Shown here: positions 25,872 through 32,000 of the stretch, piece after piece | Layout: each line of letters begins with the position of its first letter | How positions within the stretch are numbered: the first letter of the stretch is position 1 | NCBI RefSeq assembly: GCF_001465295.1 | Contig: NZ_CP011034.1 | Coordinates: 870,001 to 902,000 of the forward strand | Direction: 5' to 3' | DNA from: Pseudoalteromonas translucida KMM 520 | GTDB lineage: Bacteria > Pseudomonadota > Gammaproteobacteria > Enterobacterales > Alteromonadaceae | Length of the DNA: 32,000 nt | Translations under genes and position numbers: made by a program | Notes under the pieces: model-generated | Databases searched by the model: none | Seen by the model: only the letters and a program-made list of their open reading frames with translations | What the model was told of the DNA's origin: nothing

Positions 25872-26557
25872 TGACCCGACAACACTCCTATTGGTTACTT
25901 TTTAAAGCCGTGTTTAGTAAAGACGTTAAACTTGCCTTTCGTCAGCGCGCTGAAATTATCAATCCTATTTTGTTTTTTTTAATTGTTATTTCATTATTTC
26001 CGTTAGCAATTGGGCCAGAGCCCGGTCTACTGGCAAGAATGGCGCCGGGTATAATTTGGGTGGCTGCTTTACTCTCTACTATGTTGGGGTTAGACAAGCT
26101 GTTTAGAGATGATTATAACGATGGCTCACTTGAACAACTTATTGCATCGTCGTATCCGCTATCGTTAACTGTGTTGGCTAAAGTAGCCGCACATTGGGTG
26201 ATCACTGGGCTTCCTTTAGTATTAATGACCCCACTGTTTGCACTACTATTGAATTTAGATAACACAGCATTAATGGCTACGTTACTAACGCTATTGTTAG
26301 GTACGCCTTTGTTGAGCTTTATTGGTGCAATTGGGGCCGGGCTTACTGTAGGATTACAAAAAGGCGGTATTTTAATGAGTTTATTGGTGTTGCCTTTGTA
26401 TATCCCAGTTTTAATTTTTGCAACGTCGGCTATCGATACCAGTACTATGTCGCTGGATTATAGTGGGCAGCTTGCCATTCTTGGCGCTATGTTAGTTATT
26501 GCTATTATTAGTGCGCCAATCGCCATATCGTCAGCATTAAAAGTGAGTGTAAGTTAA
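25871..26557 (+). CDS. ccmB: Heme exporter membrane protein CcmB
   Basis: A 228-aa polytopic membrane protein. Its start overlaps the ccmA stop (TAATG), and it sits in the canonical position. Confidence 0.92.
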   Translation: MTRQHSYWLLFKAVFSKDVKLAFRQRAEIINPILFFLIVISLFPLAIGPEPGLLARMAPGIIWVAALLSTMLGLDKLFRDDYNDGSLEQLIASSYPLSLTVLAKVAAHWVITGLPLVLMTPLFALLLNLDNTALMATLLTLLLGTPLLSFIGAIGAGLTVGLQKGGILMSLLVLPLYIPVLIFATSAIDTSTMSLDYSGQLAILGAMLVIAIISAPIAISSALKVSVS

Positions 26558-26558
26558 T

Positions 26559-27296
26559 ATGTGGAAGTGGTTACATCCCTATGCTAAAGCAGAGCGTGCA
26601 TATAAATTATGCAATACGTTATTGCCTTATTTTGCCGTAGTTACGGTTATTAGTATGTTAGTTGGTTGGGTATGGGGGCTTGGTTTTGCACCTGCCGATT
26701 ACCAACAAAAAGACAGCTACCGTATCATTTTTATTCATGTGCCTTCGGCTATTTTATCTATGGGCGCTTATTCATCAATGGCGATTGCGGCCATTATTGC
26801 ACTGGTTTGGCAGTTACGAAACGCTGAACTTGCAGTTATTGCAATTGCGCCAGTAGGAGCATGCATTACTGCGATTGCACTTATAACCGGTGCAGCATGG
26901 GGCAAACCTATGTGGGGCGCTTGGTGGGTGTGGGATGCGCGCTTAACCTCAGAGCTTATTTTATTATTTTTATATTTGGGTGTGTTGTCTTTGTATCATG
27001 CCTTTGAAGATAAAAAGGCAGCGGGTCGTGCCGCTTCTATATTGGCTATTGTAGGGGTTATTAATTTACCTATTATTCATTACTCTGTTGAGTGGTGGAA
27101 CACCCTACACCAAGGAGCGTCAATAACTAAGCTAGATACCAAAGCAATTGATCCCAGTATGTTTTGGCCATTAATGGTAAACATTTTGGCGTTTGCAGCT
27201 TTTGTTGGCACTGTTACTTTAATTCGTCTTAAAAATGAAATATTACAACGTGAAAAGCATCGCCCATGGGTGCGCCAGTTGTTAACTAAGAGGTAG
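26559..27296 (+). CDS. ccmC: Heme-handling protein CcmC
   Basis: The WWD motif is present in the context WGKPMWGAWWVWDARLTSE, within a polytopic membrane protein. Confidence 0.95.
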   Translation: MWKWLHPYAKAERAYKLCNTLLPYFAVVTVISMLVGWVWGLGFAPADYQQKDSYRIIFIHVPSAILSMGAYSSMAIAAIIALVWQLRNAELAVIAIAPVGACITAIALITGAAWGKPMWGAWWVWDARLTSELILLFLYLGVLSLYHAFEDKKAAGRAASILAIVGVINLPIIHYSVEWWNTLHQGASITKLDTKAIDPSMFWPLMVNILAFAAFVGTVTLIRLKNEILQREKHRPWVRQLLTKR

Positions 27297-27298
27297 TT

Positions 27299-27499
27299 AT
27301 GCAGTTTGACTCATTTTCTGATTTTATTGCAATGGGAGGCTATGGATTTTATGTATGGCTTTCTTTTGGTACTTGCGCGCTTATTTTATTAGGTATTTTA
27401 TTTAGTTCACTTAGAGAGACTAAACATATTATGGCATCGGTAGAGCAACAAATAGCACGAGAAGTTCGTATTAAAAATGCTAAGCAGGAGCAAATATAA
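27299..27499 (+). CDS. ccmD: Heme exporter protein CcmD
   Basis: A 66-aa single-TM protein ([23 protein letters not shown]) located between ccmC and ccmE. Confidence 0.9.
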   Translation: MQFDSFSDFIAMGGYGFYVWLSFGTCALILLGILFSSLRETKHIMASVEQQIAREVRIKNAKQEQI

Positions 27500-27978
27500 T
27501 GAACCCAAGACGTAAAAAGCGCCTTTTAGTTATCGTTGCTGTGCTGTTTGGCATTGGTGCCTCAATAGGCTTGGTGCTGTATGCATTACAAGAAAACATT
27601 AATTTATTTTATACCCCAAGTGAGCTTGTTGACGGCAAAGGCCCCAATAAAGAAAAACCACAAATAGGCCAAAAGCTCCGCATTGGTGGCATGGTTGTAC
27701 CCGGTTCGGTAGAGCGTAATGAGCAAAGTTTAAAAGTAAGCTTTACTTTAATTGATACAGGCCCAACCGTAACGGTACGTTATCAAGGGATTTTGCCAGA
27801 CCTATTTCGCGAAGGCCAAGGCATAGTTGCACAAGGTGTACTTGTTGAGCCCACGGTAATAGAAGCATTTGAAGTACTTGCTAAGCATGATGAAGAATAC
27901 ATGCCTGCTGAAGTGGCAGAAGCGTTAAAGGGAATTAAACACGAGAAACCTAAATACAACCTAGATAGTGGTAATTAA
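27499..27978 (+). CDS. ccmE: Heme chaperone CcmE
   Basis: An N-terminal membrane anchor and an OB-fold region are present. The heme-binding His lies in [10 protein letters not shown]. Confidence 0.95.
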   Translation: MNPRRKKRLLVIVAVLFGIGASIGLVLYALQENINLFYTPSELVDGKGPNKEKPQIGQKLRIGGMVVPGSVERNEQSLKVSFTLIDTGPTVTVRYQGILPDLFREGQGIVAQGVLVEPTVIEAFEVLAKHDEEYMPAEVAEALKGIKHEKPKYNLDSGN

Positions 27979-27980
27979 TA

Positions 27981-29951
27981 ATGATCCCAGAACTTGGTTA
28001 TTTTTCTTTAACGCTTGCCATGGTGCTAAGCGTTTTATTGTGTGTTTTTCCGCTGTGGGGGGCACATACCGGTAATTTACGCTTAATGCGTGCTGCTCCT
28101 TCTTTAGCGGTAGGGCAATTTGTATTTGTATTTATTTCGTTTGCCGCCCTTATTTATGCCAGTCTTACAAATGACTTTACGGTTGCATATGTGGCGTATC
28201 ATTCAAGTAGCTCTTTGCCTTGGTATTATCAAATAACCTCAACTTGGGGTGGGCACGAAGGCGCTATTTTATTATGGTTATTGATGCAAGCAGGTTGGAC
28301 AGCTGTTGTTGCACTGCGCTCTAAAGCACTACCTTGGGTATTGCGTGCTCGTGTACTTGGTGTGCTTGGCTTTTTAGGTGTTGGCTTTATGATGTACACC
28401 TTATTGCTTTCAAGCCCATTTGAGCGTTTATTACCTTATTTTCCGGTAGAGGGACGCGACTTAAATCCGCTACTACAAGATCCGGGTATGATCATACACC
28501 CGCCGTTACTTTATATGGGTTATGTAGGGCTATCTGTAGCGTTTGCTTTTGCAATTGCGGCACTTTTAACTGGCAAGCTAGATAATACTTGGGCCAAATG
28601 GTCTCGCCCTTGGACTATGACCGCGTGGGGCTTTTTAACCTTAGGTATTACCATAGGAAGTTGGTGGGCGTATTCAGAACTTGGCTGGGGCGGCTGGTGG
28701 TTTTGGGATCCAGTAGAAAATGCATCTTTAATGCCTTGGTTAGTAGCAACGGCGCTATTACATTCATTGAGTGTGACAGAAAAACGTGGTGTATTTAAAT
28801 CATGGACCGTACTGTTAGCAATTGCAGCATTTTCACTTAGCTTATTGGGCACCTTTATTGTGCGCTCAGGTATTATTGTATCTGTACATGCTTTTGCGAC
28901 TGACCCAGATAGAGGCTTATTTATATTGGCCTTTTTAGCGATTGTTGTTGGCGGTGCATTAGCACTTTATGGTATGCGCGTATCGCAAGTGCGAAGCGAA
29001 GGGCGTTACAAATTAGTATCGCGCGAAGTAGCACTGTGGCTAAATAACATATTTTTAGTGGTTGCAACTTTAATTGTATTACTAGGTACTTTGTTGCCTA
29101 TGGTGCACAAAGAAATGGGCTTAGGCAGCATTTCAATTGGCGAACCATTTTTTAATAAAATGTTTGCAATACTGTTAGTGCCATTTGCTATTTTAATGGG
29201 TATTGGGCCGTTTTTACGCTGGAAGCAAAATAAATGGGCGTTTTTACAAAATAAAATACTAATGGGTGTATTAGTCAGCATTATTATTACCTTTGCTTGG
29301 TTATTTTCTAGCTATGATGTGATTGCACCGCTTACCTTATTAGCAACCACGTTAGCTGTATGGATTGTAATTACAACAGGTATTGATTTGTACAGTAAAG
29401 TTACCGTTCATAGCACTTTTAAAGAAGGCTTTAAGCGCTTAGGTTTAGGTTATTGGGCTATGGTACTTGGCCATATAGGTATTGCCTTTGTAATTGCTGG
29501 CGTAACCCTTACTTCGGCATACTCGGTTGAGCGCGACGTATCAATGAAACCAGGTGATACGGCGCAGCTTAATCAGTATCAATACCGCTTTGAAGGGGTG
29601 AAAAATGTTCGCGGGGCTAATTACAGTGGCCATGCGGGGGTTGTATCGGTATTAAAAAATGACAAGCTAGTTACTCAGTTACATGCCGAAAAACGCCGTT
29701 ACGATATTGGTATGCAGTTTATGACAGAAGCTGCAATTGATGCAGGCTTCACACGCGATTTATATCTAGCGTTAGGTGAGCAATTAAGCGAAGGCGCGTG
29801 GTCATTACGAATTTATCATAAGCCATTTGTGCGTTGGATGTGGATTGGCGGTATATTAATTTCGCTAGCAGGGTTCGTCATTTTATTTGATAAACGCTAT
29901 CGCACCTCATCACCTCAATCAACAAAAGAAACAGCGGAGAGCGAAGCATGA
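27981..29951 (+). CDS. ccmF: Cytochrome c-type biogenesis heme lyase subunit CcmF
   Basis: A 656-aa polytopic protein with the WWD motif WGGWWFWDPVENASLMPW. Confidence 0.96.
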   Translation: MIPELGYFSLTLAMVLSVLLCVFPLWGAHTGNLRLMRAAPSLAVGQFVFVFISFAALIYASLTNDFTVAYVAYHSSSSLPWYYQITSTWGGHEGAILLWLLMQAGWTAVVALRSKALPWVLRARVLGVLGFLGVGFMMYTLLLSSPFERLLPYFPVEGRDLNPLLQDPGMIIHPPLLYMGYVGLSVAFAFAIAALLTGKLDNTWAKWSRPWTMTAWGFLTLGITIGSWWAYSELGWGGWWFWDPVENASLMPWLVATALLHSLSVTEKRGVFKSWTVLLAIAAFSLSLLGTFIVRSGIIVSVHAFATDPDRGLFILAFLAIVVGGALALYGMRVSQVRSEGRYKLVSREVALWLNNIFLVVATLIVLLGTLLPMVHKEMGLGSISIGEPFFNKMFAILLVPFAILMGIGPFLRWKQNKWAFLQNKILMGVLVSIIITFAWLFSSYDVIAPLTLLATTLAVWIVITTGIDLYSKVTVHSTFKEGFKRLGLGYWAMVLGHIGIAFVIAGVTLTSAYSVERDVSMKPGDTAQLNQYQYRFEGVKNVRGANYSGHAGVVSVLKNDKLVTQLHAEKRRYDIGMQFMTEAAIDAGFTRDLYLALGEQLSEGAWSLRIYHKPFVRWMWIGGILISLAGFVILFDKRYRTSSPQSTKETAESEA

Positions 29952-30517
29952 ACCGTAAGCTTTTAGCTATAGCACCGTTACTGATTTTTGCTTTTATTTG
30001 TGTGTTTTTATTCCAAGGATTATTCGCTAACCCAAGGGAGATACAAACAGGGCGATTAGGGCAATCTATGCCAGAATTTAACCTGCCAGATCTAATGCAA
30101 GATAATAAGCAGTGGAGCAATGAGCAGTTAAAAGGTGACGTTTATTTATTGAATGTATGGGGTACCTGGTGCCCTACATGTTTAGCAGAGCTAGGCTATT
30201 TAACTAAATTGCGCGAGCAAGGTGTTAAAATTATTGGCTTGTACTATGTGCAAGGTTACGATGCCGATTTTGACGGGCCATTTGATATGCAAGCACTGCG
30301 TAGCGACGTAACCAATATGCTAACGCGTGCTGGCGACCCATATCAGTTTAATATTTTAGATTTACATCGCACACTGTCGCTAGATTTAGGTGTGTCGGGT
30401 GCGCCAGAGACTTTTTTAGTTGATAAAAGCGGCACCATTTTGTTGCACCATACAGGTGATATAAATCCGCGAGTATGGCGTGCTAAGTTTGCACCAATTA
30501 TGCAGGAGCTCAAATAA
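29948..30517 (+). CDS. ccmG: Periplasmic thiol:disulfide oxidoreductase CcmG (DsbE)
   Basis: An N-terminal anchor and a thioredoxin fold with the active site WGTWCPTC, plus GAPETFLVD. The ATGA overlaps the ccmF stop. Confidence 0.95.
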   Translation: MNRKLLAIAPLLIFAFICVFLFQGLFANPREIQTGRLGQSMPEFNLPDLMQDNKQWSNEQLKGDVYLLNVWGTWCPTCLAELGYLTKLREQGVKIIGLYYVQGYDADFDGPFDMQALRSDVTNMLTRAGDPYQFNILDLHRTLSLDLGVSGAPETFLVDKSGTILLHHTGDINPRVWRAKFAPIMQELK

Positions 30518-30978
30518 TGAAGTGGTTGTTATTAACCCTTAGCCTTTTTGTCAGTATGGGGGCGCTTGCTCAGCAAGACCGTTACCAATTTGACAGTAAC
30601 GAGCAAGCAGTTCGCTTTGAAGAGCTAACCAAAGAGTTACGTTGCCCTAAATGTCAAAATCAAAATATTGCCGACTCTGATGCCGTAGTAGCAAAAGATT
30701 TACGCGAGCGAGTATTGGCTTTAGTAAAAGAAGGTAAAACGAAAGACGAAGTAATAGATTATATGATCGATCGTTATGGCTACTTTGTACATTACGATCC
30801 ACCAGTAACACCTGCAACTTTAGTGCTGTGGGTTTTACCGGTATTGATTGTAATTTTTGGTTTTGGTTTTATTGTTATTCGCCAACGCAAAGCATCGGTA
30901 AAGCAAAGCTGGAGCAACAACGACGAAGCAATGTTAGTTAAATTAATTGCTAAAAATAAACGTCAGGAGCAAAGTTAA
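30517..30978 (+). CDS. ccmH: Cytochrome c maturation protein CcmH (CXXC)
   Basis: A signal peptide, the LRCPKCQNQNIADS active-site motif, and a C-terminal TM segment are present. Confidence 0.93.
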   Translation: MKWLLLTLSLFVSMGALAQQDRYQFDSNEQAVRFEELTKELRCPKCQNQNIADSDAVVAKDLRERVLALVKEGKTKDEVIDYMIDRYGYFVHYDPPVTPATLVLWVLPVLIVIFGFGFIVIRQRKASVKQSWSNNDEAMLVKLIAKNKRQEQS

Positions 30979-32000
30979 ATGATTTTAATGTGGGCGTCTT
31001 TTGCTTTACTCACACTTATTGCACTGTTGTTTGTGATGTTGCCTTTTTTAAAAAAAGAGCGTGTTAAAACCATTACGCATAATGCCAATGCAGAACTTAT
31101 TAGTATTTATGAACAGCGTTTAGTTGAGCTACAAAACGACTTAGAAAACCAGCGAATTGATGCACAAAATCACAGTGAGTCAGTGATCGAGCTCAAACGT
31201 CGCTTACTCAATGAGCTCTCTCCAGAAAAATCACTTAATAGCCGTGGTAATAATCGTATTTTTGCCTTAACAGGCGGTGCGTTTGTTATTGCGCTAACCG
31301 GTATTTTTTACTCTATGACAGGTAATCAGCAGCAAATATCGGCTTGGCACGATGCTATGGATAACTTGGCAGAATACGGTGAGCGAGCTGTTATGCAAAA
31401 AGGCGAGCCGCTAAGTGAAAACGAGCTGCAAGCATTTGCATTGGCACTGCGCACTAAGCTTAGCCAAACGGGTGATGACGAAATTGCCTGGATGTTACTG
31501 GGCCGTGTTGCTATGTCACTGAACGAATTTGATATGGCGCAGCAGTCGTTTGATAAAGCGCTGCAAATGAATCCGGCTAATATGCAGGTGCTTATTAGTT
31601 ACAGCCAAGTGCTGTTGCTTGAGGGCAGTGAGGCAAGCATGACACGTGCTGCAGGTATGCTTTCAAAAGTACTGCAAAAAGAGCCGCAAAATTTAGACGC
31701 TATTTCTTTATTAGCACTTATTGCTTACGAACGTAAAGATTGGGTACAAGCAAAAGCAGCGTTTGAAGTATTACTTGCCAGTATGGATAAAGCAGATACC
31801 CGCTATAATATGATAGCGCAGCGTATTAGTGAGATTGAGCAACAGCAAGCAACCCAGCAACAAGCACAAAATGTTGACGTTACAAATAGTGCGGCAATTA
31901 AAGTGACAGTAAATGTAAGTGCAGAGCTTAAAAATAAACAACCTGAAAACGGAATTTTATTTGTTTTTGCAAAAGCGTTAAATGGCTCTCCTATGCCAAT
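30979..32000 (+). CDS. ccmI: Cytochrome c maturation protein CcmI (CycH), TPR-containing, 3'-truncated by the window edge
   Basis: This ORF is absent from the track. The ATG at 30979 immediately follows the ccmH stop, and the frame stays open to position 32000. My translation is MILMWASFALLTLIALLFVMLPFLKKE...FALTGGAFVIALTGIFY...WMLLGRVAMSLNEFDMAQQSFDKALQMNPAN. This gives two TM helices followed by TPR-like repeats. Confidence 0.85.
   Translation, partial: MILMWASFALLTLIALLFVMLPFLKKERVKTITHNANAELISIYEQRLVELQNDLENQRIDAQNHSESVIELKRRLLNELSPEKSLNSRGNNRIFALTGGAFVIALTGIFYSMTGNQQQISAWHDAMDNLAEYGERAVMQKGEPLSENELQAFALALRTKLSQTGDDEIAWMLLGRVAMSLNEFDMAQQSFDKALQMNPANMQVLISYSQVLLLEGSEASMTRAAGMLSKVLQKEPQNLDAISLLALIAYERKDWVQAKAAFEVLLASMDKADTRYNMIAQRISEIEQQQATQQQAQNVDVTNSAAIKVTVNVSAELKNKQPENGILFVFAKALNGSPMP

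Noticed and set aside
1-32000. Possibility that the window is a mobile or accessory island, a lateral-flagella cluster, or contains CRISPR, tRNA or rRNA
   Set aside because: I saw no integrase, transposase, tRNA-like or repeat-spacer structure. The presence of flhF, flhG and fliA, the sigma-54 promoter matches and the che genes mark a primary polar-flagellum locus. Composition looks uniform by eye across the flagellar and ccm blocks.

Overview
The window is a densely coded, syntenic core-chromosome region of an AT-rich (about 40% GC by eye) marine-type gammaproteobacterium. The gene order resembles Pseudoalteromonas/Alteromonadales and is shared in part with Vibrio and Pseudomonas; I cannot confirm the taxon without a database search. 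Positions 1-22693 (+ strand) hold the second half of a polar-flagellum regulon: fliI (5'-truncated), fliJKLMNOPQR, flhB, flhA, flhF, flhG, fliA, then cheY, cheZ, cheA, cheB, a MotC/MotD-type stator pair, a ParA-like ATPase, a CheW-domain ParP-like protein, cheW and a DUF2802-like protein. Positions 22724-25137 (- strand) carry a tightly coupled pair: a second, long FliK-like protein and a 102-aa protein made only of the FlhB C-terminal domain. Positions 25251-32000 (+ strand) hold a complete System I cytochrome c maturation operon, ccmABCDEFGH plus a 3'-truncated ccmI that is missing from the ORF track. Non-coding DNA is scarce. It contains two well-spaced sigma-54 promoter matches (upstream of fliK and flhA), a three-copy 16-bp tandem repeat spanning the fliJ stop, a perfect 10-bp hairpin between cheA and cheB, a terminator-like hairpin at the convergent junction, and palindromes upstream of fliL and ccmA. 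I saw no rRNA, tRNA, CRISPR array, IS element, integrase or clear foreign island. I do not see an unambiguous novel system. The best under-characterised candidates are the orphan FliK-like/FlhB-C-terminal pair, the DUF2802-like protein, and the repeat-containing P2-less linker of CheA.
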